From assembly GCA_015069385.1 (NCBI GenBank), contig SVIS01000005.1, positions 627 through 64,626 of the forward strand: a stretch of 64,000 nucleotides of DNA. Direction: 5' to 3'. Below the pieces are notes generated by a model that worked only from the letters and a program-made list of their open reading frames with translations, had not been told where the DNA came from and did not search any database. A program made the translations under genes and the position numbers. Numbering within the stretch: position 1 is the first letter of the stretch; each line of letters starts with the position of its first letter. Source of the stretch: Clostridiales bacterium. Lineage in GTDB: Bacteria > Bacillota > Clostridia > Christensenellales > UBA1242. Shown one piece after another: positions 42,302 through 52,889 of this stretch.

Positions 42302-42468
42302 TGCAACGAGCAAGGCTCGCGCAAAAGAAAAAAGATTTAAAACTCTCATCAAAACAACTCTCAGAATTGCTTGGAATTAAATATGGAACATTAACTATGG
42401 TACTTTGCGGTAGTTACTCTAATGCCGAGGTAGAAAAAATATTATTGAACTGGCTAAAATCTAAATAA
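42289..42468 (+). CDS. Small XRE/Cro-like HTH protein (not in ORF track)
   Basis: MLSLMQRARLAQKKKDLKLSSKQLSELLGIKYGTLTMVLCGSYSNAEVEKILLNWLKSK; overlaps the TROVE stop; AAGGA RBS. Confidence 0.7.
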   Translation: MLSLMQRARLAQKKKDLKLSSKQLSELLGIKYGTLTMVLCGSYSNAEVEKILLNWLKSK

Positions 42469-42514
42469 ACTAAAAAACTTGAACATAAACGTTCAAGTTT
42501 TTTAATTGTTTTAA

Positions 42515-43369
42515 TTATTTTATTTGTTCTTCTTGCACTTGCGCCACCTCAGCCGTTGCTGCTGTAGGCATAGCCCCTTTGATTTGCGTTGGTGGAAGAG
42601 TTGTTTGTTTGCCTTTAATATATTTTGTCCATTTAATATAACCGTAGGTGGTATTAGTTAGGTAACCTGCTTTTAAAACAAGCAATATCCATTGGCCAGC
42701 CATAATATTTAAAACTATTTCCAAGAATGTAACCAAATACCAACATATCCATTGTTCACGATATCTTAATAAAATAAATACACCGTTTGCAATTCCTATT
42801 GCACTTGCACAGGCATCTAAATAACCACCTAAATCTTGAATTACTTCGTTATATGACAATATACCTTCGTATTCAATAAGAGAAAGTAAATATCCAACCA
42901 CAACAGTCCATACAGCAATACCCAAAATTAAAATTAAATCTTGCCACCAAGTTAGTTTGCGAACTTCGGTAATATTTTCTTCTTTTTTATCTTTGTGTTT
43001 TTGCCAAGCAAAAAAACTAATAATATCGATTGGAATCCAGAAGAAAATTGTAACTGCCATTGTGGCAAAACGATATGCACATACAATGCAAATTGCAATT
43101 TCAGTAAGTTCAACAATTAAAGATACAATAAAATTCCACTTACTTTGTTTAGAAATTAACAATTCACACAAAATATTGGAAAGTATATCTACAAGATACA
43201 ATATCATTATTATTGTGCCATTAACACCGCCAACATCTTCCTCTGGGAATACAAATGCAAATACAACAGCAAGCACTGCAATACTAATAAACCATAATTT
43301 TTCGTAAGTAGAAAAATAATTCCATAATTTTTTAATTTTATTTTCTTTTTTATCTTTTGCTAAATCCAT
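42515..43369 (-). CDS. pnuC: PnuC nicotinamide riboside transporter
   Basis: Multi-TM; WNF, YLDA, RYREQWICW, YGYIKW. Confidence 0.85.
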   Translation of the reverse strand: MDLAKDKKENKIKKLWNYFSTYEKLWFISIAVLAVVFAFVFPEEDVGGVNGTIIMILYLVDILSNILCELLISKQSKWNFIVSLIVELTEIAICIVCAYRFATMAVTIFFWIPIDIISFFAWQKHKDKKEENITEVRKLTWWQDLILILGIAVWTVVVGYLLSLIEYEGILSYNEVIQDLGGYLDACASAIGIANGVFILLRYREQWICWYLVTFLEIVLNIMAGQWILLVLKAGYLTNTTYGYIKWTKYIKGKQTTLPPTQIKGAMPTAATAEVAQVQEEQIK

Positions 43370-43438
43370 AAATCACCTTTTAGTCCGAAAGATATGATAT
43401 TCTTTTGCTCTAAAAAAAGCAAGCATATATATATTTTT

Positions 43439-43466
43439 CACACATTTTTTTTCAAAAACATATTAT
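43439..43466 (+). promoter_or_regulatory. SigmaK-type promoter
   Basis: CACA-N16-CATATTAT upstream of the collagen-like gene. Confidence 0.7.
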
Positions 43467-43495
43467 GCTTTGATAGATAAAAGGAGGAAAAACAA

Positions 43496-44687
<1,192 letters not shown>

Positions 44688-44839
44688 ATAAACTCCTTTA
44701 ATATAACAATTATATCACACTTAATTATTAATTGCAATATGGTTATTAAATAGTAAAACAGGAATAAATTAATACTTTTAAATATTAAACTTTGTCTTGA
44801 CAAATAAATATAAGTTATGTTAAATTACTTAGTGTTTAT

Positions 44840-44917
44840 GGTGGAATTAGTTCAGTTGGTTAGAATGCCAGATTGTGACTCTGGAGGTCGCAGGTTCAAG
44901 TCCCGTATTCCACCCCA
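44840..44917 (+). tRNA. tRNA-His (GTG)
   Basis: G-1 + GTGGAAT/ATTCCAC stem, TT-GTG-AC loop, C73, CCA; terminator follows. Confidence 0.95.
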
Positions 44918-45052
44918 TAAAAACCTTGAAATTATTCAAGGTTTTTTTATATTTATTAAAAATAAGAAAAAATAAATATAAAAAATATAATAAAATTTAA
45001 AAAATAAAAAATTCCTATATTCTTTATAGGATTTTTTTAATATTTTTAACAA

Positions 45053-45550
45053 TTAATCTTTTTTATCTGATATTACACATGAACTTTTTAAAAATTTATC
45101 TTCACTATAAACATACTCTAACTTACCAGTCTTTTCATTAATATCAACTTTGCAGTTTGCAACAAAACCATAAGTTTTTACAATATTTGTTTCAGTAATT
45201 TTTTCTTCTTTAGATAAAGTTTTACAAATACAAATTCCTTTTGTGCTTATGCCATCATTAAACGATTTCTTTCCACAAACGTGTTCATTTTCTGTTTTAT
45301 TAACAAAGTCCATTTTTATATCTTCGTAATTTTTTGTTACAATGCTTAGTTCTTCAAATGCGTTATTAATTTTAGGAGTAAGTTTTTCTATATATTTTAC
45401 AAGTAGATTATATTTCTTAGCCATTTCTGTAATATATTTCTCATATTTATTTACTTTTTCATTTAAATCTTTTATTTCTTTTAAAACATTTTCTTCTTTG
45501 GTATTTTCTTCAATTAAAATTTTTTCTTTTTTCATAATATAATCTCCCAT
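45053..45550 (-). CDS. Hypothetical coiled-coil protein
   Basis: ORF with coiled-coil N-half; exact start uncertain. Confidence 0.5.
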   Translation of the reverse strand: MGDYIMKKEKILIEENTKEENVLKEIKDLNEKVNKYEKYITEMAKKYNLLVKYIEKLTPKINNAFEELSIVTKNYEDIKMDFVNKTENEHVCGKKSFNDGISTKGICICKTLSKEEKITETNIVKTYGFVANCKVDINEKTGKLEYVYSEDKFLKSSCVISDKKD

Positions 45551-45644
45551 AAAATTAAATTTAATTTCTTTATTTATGATTAAAGAGAAATAAGGCAAAC
45601 CCTATTTCTCTAAAAATAATTTCTATAATTAATTCTACTTAAAA

Positions 45645-46463
45645 TTAAGCATGAATATTTATTGCATAAGCTTCTTCAAATATAGAAACATCATTTACCG
45701 GAATAAATCCTTGTGTGGCGTCACCAAATGAAACCGCTAAAAATTTTTTTGTGCTTGTAACATTGTCTTTTGTTATAACATATTCTTTATAACCATAAGC
45801 AATTGCTACATGCCCATTTGTGCTATGTATGCCTACCATTACAATGCTGCTATCCATGTCTTCAACTCCAGCAATAGTAAAGTAATAGTATGAATTCATA
45901 AATAGTGCAATTGGTTGTTGTGCGTTTAAATATGAAATAGCAGTTGTTACATCTAATCTTGTTCCACATTTTGTATAAGTAATATTTAAACCACAATCTT
46001 CTACATACTCTTGCAAACCACTTTTAAATTGCGCAACCGAAGTACCTGCTGCTTGAGTATTTGTACCCATTAAACTATATAACTGAGTATTTACAGCATC
46101 TACGGCTGGATATGTGCCTCTATATCTATATGTATTATTATAAATATAACAAGCAACAAAGTTTGGTATTAAATCTTCATATAAATAATCATAATAACCT
46201 ATAATATGAGTGCCAGCAGTTGGTGCGCAAGAATTTGTTAAATCCGGATTATAACAATAATTTGGACACGCCCTTGTTAGATATGTCATATTGGTAGTAT
46301 AAGTATCATATGGAAATGTTTGTGTATAAGATGTTGCCGATGATGTACTTTCGTTATATGATGTATCACAAAAATACTTAGTTTCACCTCCTTTAAATAT
46401 TGGTATGCTGCCAAGTAGTGCATAAGCAAAAACAAGTAGACAGCCAATTAATTTTTTTAACAT
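45645..46463 (-). CDS. Secreted papain-fold (C39-like) cysteine peptidase-like protein
   Basis: Signal peptide; NSCAPTA and GHVAIAYGY resemble a Cys-His catalytic pair. Confidence 0.55.
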   Translation of the reverse strand: MLKKLIGCLLVFAYALLGSIPIFKGGETKYFCDTSYNESTSSATSYTQTFPYDTYTTNMTYLTRACPNYCYNPDLTNSCAPTAGTHIIGYYDYLYEDLIPNFVACYIYNNTYRYRGTYPAVDAVNTQLYSLMGTNTQAAGTSVAQFKSGLQEYVEDCGLNITYTKCGTRLDVTTAISYLNAQQPIALFMNSYYYFTIAGVEDMDSSIVMVGIHSTNGHVAIAYGYKEYVITKDNVTSTKKFLAVSFGDATQGFIPVNDVSIFEEAYAINIHA

Positions 46464-46548
46464 AATAAAACCCCCTTACAATAACTAATGTATTGAAAAG
46501 AGGTTTTTTTTCAACTTTTGACAAAAAATTTTAAAAATTTACAAAAAA

Positions 46549-47187
46549 TTACAAAAACTTATTAAAACTATCGTAGTCTTCATAGTTTACTAATACATAT
46601 ACGCAATAGTCGCTATATTCCATAATGCCATATAATAGAATATCTTCTAAATCACTCATTTTTTCTTTATAATAATAAACATAGTTATCTCTTACTTCCT
46701 TTTCAGAATTAACTAAGTAATCTTCTTTTTCTTTAGGTGTGAAATTTTTATTGATTACCAAACATAGGTTTAATGTTGAAAATGGAGATTCGTATTTTTC
46801 ACCAAGTAACCTAATACCCAACAATTCATTTTTGTCATTGCTATAAATACCAAATACTTCCAATAAATAATAATCCTCAAAAACGAACGAGTATTTTGAA
46901 TAATTCTCTTGCACAAGTGATTGAGCATATTCTTGCGTTATAGTTTGTTGATTAGTTTCTGTATCTGAATAATAAAGAGGTTTTTGTAACATAATTGGCA
47001 AAAGTACAGCAGTGCAAATTAATATTACGCATGCTGCTGCAAGTGCAAATCTTTTAAACATTACTAAATTCTTTTTAGGTTTTGCATTCTTTGTTTGATT
47101 TTTAAGACGCTCAACAGTGGCTTGGTTTATTGGTGGAATTTCTGGTTCTTTAAAATATTCTTCCAATTCTTTTTTAAATTCGCTCAT
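46549..47187 (-). CDS. Putative anti-sigma factor
   Basis: Short cytoplasmic N-terminus and single TM; overlaps the ECF sigma gene. Confidence 0.65.
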   Translation of the reverse strand: MSEFKKELEEYFKEPEIPPINQATVERLKNQTKNAKPKKNLVMFKRFALAAACVILICTAVLLPIMLQKPLYYSDTETNQQTITQEYAQSLVQENYSKYSFVFEDYYLLEVFGIYSNDKNELLGIRLLGEKYESPFSTLNLCLVINKNFTPKEKEDYLVNSEKEVRDNYVYYYKEKMSDLEDILLYGIMEYSDYCVYVLVNYEDYDSFNKFL

Positions 47188-47695
47188 CTTCTACCCCCAA
47201 AGTTTTTATAATTTCTTTTTCTCTTCTACGAATTGTAGAATCAGACATATGTAAAATTTTTGAAACTTCTTTATAATCGCAATTTTTTAAATGAAGTAAA
47301 TACAAAATATGTTTTTCTTCTGCAGACAACATATCAAGTCTTTTTTGAATATCTAATTTTTCACAAATATCTTCTTCTGTAACATAACTATCTTGTTTTG
47401 TTAAAAAACTTTTCCGCTTTGATTCTCTTTTCATTACATTTCTTAACTGGTTTTTACCTATTGTTAAAATCCAACTATAACAATTTACATACACAATTCT
47501 ATTAGATTTTTGTATTATAGTATCAAAAGTTTTATCTACTGCTTCTGAAATATAATCTACATTATAACTATATCTAAATAAAAATGAAAAAACTACCTTA
47601 TACATTTTTTGATAAAGTATTCCCATTGCCTCCGAATTATTATTTGCAACTTGTTTAACCAAATAGTTAATTTCTATTTTCTCTTCTTTTGTCAT
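47174..47695 (-). CDS. ECF sigma-70 family factor
   Basis: Region 2 SWILTIGKN; region 4 LSAEEK...YKEVSKILHMSDSTIRRR. Confidence 0.85.
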   Translation of the reverse strand: MTKEEKIEINYLVKQVANNNSEAMGILYQKMYKVVFSFLFRYSYNVDYISEAVDKTFDTIIQKSNRIVYVNCYSWILTIGKNQLRNVMKRESKRKSFLTKQDSYVTEEDICEKLDIQKRLDMLSAEEKHILYLLHLKNCDYKEVSKILHMSDSTIRRREKEIIKTLGVEDERI

Positions 47696-47701
47696 AACTC
47701 T

Positions 47702-48031
47702 CTATTCTTTAAATGATTTTATAAGATACTTAATAGTATTTTTTTGATTTTCAGTCAAACAAATATAGTCATTTATCAAATCTTTTTGTTCTTTTGTTAA
47801 ATAAATCTTCTCCTCATTTGAACAAAAAAGATAAGCAAGTGAAATATCTAATGCCTTGGCAACCTTTTCTAATGAATCTATGCTTGGAACATATTTTCTG
47901 CCGCCATACCAGTTACTTATGCATGCCAAAGTTAAGCCACTTAACTCTGCGAGTTTTTCCATTGATATTTGCCTTTGTTGTAATATTTGAGAAATTTTAT
48001 TTTTTGCTAATTCTACTAAGTTCTCGTCCAT
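47702..48031 (-). CDS. XRE family HTH regulator
   Basis: SMEKLAELSGLT...ISNW...PSIDSLEKVAKAL. Confidence 0.88.
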   Translation of the reverse strand: MDENLVELAKNKISQILQQRQISMEKLAELSGLTLACISNWYGGRKYVPSIDSLEKVAKALDISLAYLFCSNEEKIYLTKEQKDLINDYICLTENQKNTIKYLIKSFKE

Positions 48032-48127
48032 TTGTAACCTCTTTATAATATTTTACATAAAAAGACTACATAATGACATTAGTTATCGTTTTAAACCTAC
48101 TTAGTTATGCCTAACCTGTGTTTAGTT

Positions 48128-48700
48128 TTAGTTGAGTAAATGTTTTATTAAAACATTTAACCATTCTTGTTTTGTTGTATGCCCACGTTGTGCCAAATAT
48201 AAATAATTAGGTTTAATATTTAAAATTTCGCAAATTTGTAAATAACCAAACTCGGCAAGTCTGCTATTACAAATAACAAGTGCATTTTTAGGAACAGAAG
48301 CAAATCCATTAATATCTAACGAATAATATTTAATATCGTTATCATAGGCACTCCCTTTTTTTCTAATAACACTTTTCATAATATCTAAAAATGCAATATT
48401 CTTATTTACCAATTCATTTTTAATTTTATTTACAACCTCTTGCTTATTTTTAGAAACAAAAAGTTCTTTTTTTAAATTTTTTAATGTGGTTTGCTTTAAT
48501 GCTTCATCAATGTAACCATAAATTTTATTTGCCGGTGAAGTATAAAAATAGCCACAACCGGCAGGTGGAGTAATTGTTCCTACAATAACTATTTTTGTTT
48601 GTGCATTCACACAGTGCTCTGAATTAAAATTAAATGCAATTTCATAATTATCATTCATTTTTATATTCATCAATTCATCATTTTTTATTAACTTTGGCAT
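48128..48700 (-). CDS. Uracil-DNA glycosylase-like protein
   Basis: H...KIVIVGTITPP...YFY...N and IAFLD motifs of the UDG/MUG superfamily. Confidence 0.55.
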   Translation of the reverse strand: MPKLIKNDELMNIKMNDNYEIAFNFNSEHCVNAQTKIVIVGTITPPAGCGYFYTSPANKIYGYIDEALKQTTLKNLKKELFVSKNKQEVVNKIKNELVNKNIAFLDIMKSVIRKKGSAYDNDIKYYSLDINGFASVPKNALVICNSRLAEFGYLQICEILNIKPNYLYLAQRGHTTKQEWLNVLIKHLLN

Positions 48701-48804
48701 TGTTTAATCCTTTTTATTTATTTTACCAAATTGTAAATATAAATCAAAATTTTATTATACATACAAAAAAATTAAGATTAATAAAATCTTAATTTTTTAA
48801 CTAA

Positions 48805-49971
48805 TTATCTTTCCAACGCTTGTTTATTTTCTAATGCCAAGCCACATTCTTTTACTTGTAAACATATAGCCTTGTAAACCCATATTGCCTCTTCATTTTT
48901 ATTAATAGTTGAATCATCAAAAGTGCGCATTTCTGTTAATTCTTCTTTTGTAGCGTTTGCTATTTTAGAGGCTAAATTAACACAAAACTCATCTAATTTG
49001 GCTTGTTCTTCTTGGGTTAAACATTTTTTTGCTTCTTCTAATCTTTTTGAAATTAGATATTTAAAATTATCTATATCTTTTTGACTACGAACTTTGCCAC
49101 AGAAAACTTTTGCATATTTTTTTGCGTTTTCAAGTTTATCGCTTAAATTTTGAAAAGCTTCAACTTTATCAAAATAATTTATCAACTTTTGTTTTTGTTC
49201 TTTTGTAAGAGATGCGTAAAACTCGGCTAATTTTCTATATTTTTCCTCTATATTACATTTCCTTTCAACCGATTCTATTGTATAACTCAAGTGTTCTAAT
49301 CTTTCACGCTTTTTCTTACTAATTTTTAACAAAAATTTCTTTTTTGAAAGTTCATCATACTCTTTTTTAGCAGTTTCTAATTTCTCTTTTAAACCAGGAT
49401 TTCGTAAAATATAATCATCTAATTTTTCTTGGTAAATATTTATACCTTGTAAAACCTGTTCTTTAGTTAAACCACGGCCATTAAAAGTATCAACTACAGA
49501 CACATATTCAAATTTAAACCCAACTGAATTATCAACTTTTTTTATAGATAATTTTTGATTAAATTCTGAATCAAGAACAAACCCCATATCAGATAGTTCT
49601 TGGACGCAAGCATCTAGGTCTTTTTGTGCTTGTTCAAATTGTGGACAAAAATCTAAAAATTTTTCTTGCAATTGTTTTTCATCAGCAAGTTTTAAATCTT
49701 TTGTTTTATCTACATATTTTTCAACAATTTCTTTAATTTCATCATTTTTTTGTATTTCACCTAAACACTGCGCAACAAATTTATCCCTTAATGCTAAATT
49801 TGTTTCTGTTGAATAATCTAAAACATTCTTTTTTACAATCGCATTTTGCCTAGAAGAATTCACATATGAAGATTTTCTAGAACGATTATTTTTAATATGT
49901 TGTTGCATTGCTAAATTATTAAGGTTTACCATATTTGCAGTATGCAAAATAAGAAATGGTACTAAAGACAT
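48805..49971 (-). CDS. Hypothetical coiled-coil protein
   Basis: AGGAGG RBS; TTGACA-N17-TATAAT promoter; ends ENKQALER. Confidence 0.7.
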   Translation of the reverse strand: MSLVPFLILHTANMVNLNNLAMQQHIKNNRSRKSSYVNSSRQNAIVKKNVLDYSTETNLALRDKFVAQCLGEIQKNDEIKEIVEKYVDKTKDLKLADEKQLQEKFLDFCPQFEQAQKDLDACVQELSDMGFVLDSEFNQKLSIKKVDNSVGFKFEYVSVVDTFNGRGLTKEQVLQGINIYQEKLDDYILRNPGLKEKLETAKKEYDELSKKKFLLKISKKKRERLEHLSYTIESVERKCNIEEKYRKLAEFYASLTKEQKQKLINYFDKVEAFQNLSDKLENAKKYAKVFCGKVRSQKDIDNFKYLISKRLEEAKKCLTQEEQAKLDEFCVNLASKIANATKEELTEMRTFDDSTINKNEEAIWVYKAICLQVKECGLALENKQALER

Positions 49972-50094
49972 AAATACCTCCTATTAATTTATATAAATTA
50001 TATATCTTTTTTAATTGACTGTCAATATTTATAAATTTAGTAATATTTCACATACCAGATAAAAACAAAGTATGACATAAGCAAACGCAAAAAA

Positions 50095-50460
50095 GGGCCA
50101 CCCTGATGCAACGTTAAAACTTTGCGTGTTGCGTTGCAACACAATGTAGAGATGGTGGTTTTCGAATCATAACCAACAAAAAAGCACCCTTAGGGGTGCA
50201 ATTTCTTGGTTGGATTGAGTGGACTCGGTGCAGGGCGAAGCCCAAACCTGCCAGTTTCAACTTCGAAGGATAGGGCCGACACCGCCCCCACCTTATATCA
50301 AATTTTTAGAGAAATTTGATACGAAAATGCAAGCATTTTCTAACAGGGACACCCTGATGTTTTGTTTTTAAAAACAAAACGCACCACATTTGTGGTGCAA
50401 AGGTGGTGGGGCTGGTGTAATTCGAGACATCATCCAACAAAAAAGCACCCTTAGGGGTGC
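50095..50460. repeat. Three degenerate tRNA-Ile copies with hairpin insertions (261-bp period duplication)
   Basis: 50173-50227 matches 50434-50488 at 54/55 nt; inverted copies CACCCTGAT[insert]...TTCGA...CCAAC at 50099 and 50350. Confidence 0.7.
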
Positions 50461-50467
50461 AATTTCT

Positions 50468-50544
50468 TGGTTGGAATGAGTGGACTCGAACCACCGACCC
50501 CCACCTTATCAGGGTGGTGCTCTAACCAGCTGAGCTACATTCCA
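50468..50544 (-). tRNA. tRNA-Ile (GAT)
   Basis: Reverse complement TGGAATGTAGCTCAGCTGGTTAGAGCACCACCCT-GAT-AAGGTGG...GGTTCGAGTCC...CATTCCAACCA. Confidence 0.95.
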
Positions 50545-50729
50545 TCATTTATTAACTTGGTCATTATACACAAAGTTAAAAACATTGTCAATAAAAAAAT
50601 TAAAATAATTTTAAAGTATTACCATGAAGCAATTTTTGGTGTAACGACAAATCTCTTAAAAAATTTTTTTATATTTTATTTGTACAAAGATTGTTTAGTG
50701 TGCTAAAATTATTGTGTAAAGAGGGGAGT

Positions 50730-51110
50730 ATGGATATTTTAGCAATCTCTAAAACACTTGCCACAGTGGCAAAAGTAAAAAAAATTAGTGACAATGAATA
50801 TGAAATTTTAACAGAAGCAAAAATTAATAGCAAAACTCCAATAAAAATGTACCTATATGAAGGACATAATGGTGTCATGCTTGGCGATAGAAAGCACACT
50901 TTAAAATATATGAATCAATTATATGAACTTAAATCGCCAGATGTTAAAGGTTGTATTGCTTCGGTTATTAAAATTTATGGGTTTTCTATAGTTTCGGGCG
51001 AACTTGTTGCTTCTATAGTTAGCGATAAATTTGCTTTAGAAACTTTCTATAACTACATAATTTGCGTAGGTCAACTTGCAAATATGTACGCATTCTTTGA
51101 TAAACCATAA
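50730..51110 (+). CDS. Hypothetical protein (DUF1828-like)
   Basis: GGGGAG RBS; size and pattern resemble DUF1828. Confidence 0.55.
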   Translation: MDILAISKTLATVAKVKKISDNEYEILTEAKINSKTPIKMYLYEGHNGVMLGDRKHTLKYMNQLYELKSPDVKGCIASVIKIYGFSIVSGELVASIVSDKFALETFYNYIICVGQLANMYAFFDKP

Positions 51111-51239
51111 TTTGTTTGTAACAAACATTCACTTTTTCTTGTTTGGCTTTGGCAAGAAAAAGTGTTTTTTGTTGTAATAATTAAAATTGACAAAATTTAA
51201 ACAAAGTTTTAAAATACATTAAATTATTAGGAGTATAAT

Positions 51240-52880
51240 ATGAAAAATATATTTATTGGCGGAGCATGGCCTTATGCAAACAATTCACTTCATATTGGAC
51301 ACTTTGCGGCTCTTTTGCCAGGTGATGTTCTTGCTCGTTTTTTTAGAAAAAACGGAAATCAAGTTTTATATGTATCTGGTTCAGATTGCCATGGAACACC
51401 AATCACAGTTAGGGCAAACAAGTTAGGTGTTAATGCAAAAGATATTGCCTCACATTATGACAATGAGTTTAGAAAGAATTTCGAAGATTTAGAATTTAGT
51501 TACGACCTTTATACTAACACAATGACAAAAGAACACGAAAATGTTGTAAAAAACAATTTAAAAATCATTAACAATAAAGGTTTATTTTATACCAAAACCG
51601 AAAAAGAAGATTATTGTGAAAACTGTGGCAAGTTTATTTCTGATCGTGAAATTAAAGGCATTTGTCCAATTTGCGGAGCAGAAGCAGACGGTGACCAATG
51701 CGATAAATGCTTAACAACTTTAACACCAAGCGAACTTAAAGATAAAACTTGCAAACTATGCGGTCACAAAACTGTTTTAAAAGATAATACTCACTTATAT
51801 TTTAAACTTTCGGGTTGTGAACAAAAAGTTACAGATCTTTTTGAAAAATACAAAAAATATTGGCGTCCTACAACTGTTAACGAAACTGCAAAGTATTTAA
51901 AAGAAGGGCTTAGAGATAGAGCAATTACCCGTAGTTTAAATTGGGGAATTGAACTTCCTTTTGATGGGTTTGATGACAAGCGTGTGTATGTTTGGATAGA
52001 AGCCGTAATGGGTTATCTTTCTGCAGGCGAGCAGGCAGCAAAAAATTTAGGCATTAATTTTGAAGATTTTATGCATGATAAAAACACTACATCTTATTAT
52101 GTACATGGAAAAGATAATATTGTTTTTCATACGATAATTCTTCCAGCATTGCTTGGAGCAATAGATGAAAATATTTCTATGCCAGAACGTATTATTGCTA
52201 GTGAATATGTTAATATGGGTGGCGACAAAATGAGCAAAAGTAAAGGTAATTTAATTACCGTAAATACTCTTCTTGCCAACTTTGACCCAGATTCTATTAG
52301 ATATTATTTCTGCCTAAACAATCCAGAAAAACGTGATATGAATTTTGACCTTGCTGATTATATTTCAATCCACAACAAACATTTAGTTGGTGGTTATGGT
52401 AATTTTGTAAACAGAAACTTATCGTTCCTTGCTAAAAAATTTGAAGGCAAACTTCCAGCACTAAATTTAGATGCCGAAGTAAAAACTGTCGTTGAAAAAA
52501 CATATAAAGAAATTAAAGAGTTATTTATTAATGGTGAAATTAAAGAAGCCACAACAAAACTTTATGATTATGTTCAATATGCAAACAAATACTACGACAC
52601 TAATGAGCCTTGGGTGCTTGCTAAAACTGATTTAGAAAAGTTTAATAAAGTAACATCAAATTGCTTATATTTAATTGCCAATATGGCAAATTTATACGAA
52701 CCAATTATGCCAAAGCGCACAAAAATAGTAAGTGAACTACTTGGTTTTAACTCAAATAACTTTGAGCCAGTTGTTTACGATGCAAATAAAACAGTTTGCA
52801 ATGTTCCTCTTTTATTTCAAAGAATAGAAGAAGATAAAGTTGATATGACCAAAGGCGCAGAAGCAACTTTTCAATCTTAA
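51240..52880 (+). CDS. metG: Methionine--tRNA ligase (MetRS2-type, short form)
   Basis: PYAN..LHIGH, two Zn-knuckle CxxC pairs, YVW, GKDN, KMSKS. Confidence 0.96.
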   Translation: MKNIFIGGAWPYANNSLHIGHFAALLPGDVLARFFRKNGNQVLYVSGSDCHGTPITVRANKLGVNAKDIASHYDNEFRKNFEDLEFSYDLYTNTMTKEHENVVKNNLKIINNKGLFYTKTEKEDYCENCGKFISDREIKGICPICGAEADGDQCDKCLTTLTPSELKDKTCKLCGHKTVLKDNTHLYFKLSGCEQKVTDLFEKYKKYWRPTTVNETAKYLKEGLRDRAITRSLNWGIELPFDGFDDKRVYVWIEAVMGYLSAGEQAAKNLGINFEDFMHDKNTTSYYVHGKDNIVFHTIILPALLGAIDENISMPERIIASEYVNMGGDKMSKSKGNLITVNTLLANFDPDSIRYYFCLNNPEKRDMNFDLADYISIHNKHLVGGYGNFVNRNLSFLAKKFEGKLPALNLDAEVKTVVEKTYKEIKELFINGEIKEATTKLYDYVQYANKYYDTNEPWVLAKTDLEKFNKVTSNCLYLIANMANLYEPIMPKRTKIVSELLGFNSNNFEPVVYDANKTVCNVPLLFQRIEEDKVDMTKGAEATFQS

Positions 52881-52889
52881 AATTTATAC

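Noticed and set aside
50095-50544. Possible CRISPR array or intron-containing tRNAs
   Set aside because: Only two direct repeats, tRNA-derived, with no cas genes. The interrupted copies lack intact D-arms and acceptor stems, and the inserts are far too short for group I introns.
50306-50706. Short ORFs 50306-50494 and 50467-50706
   Set aside because: They overlap tRNA-Ile and its degenerate copies; spurious.
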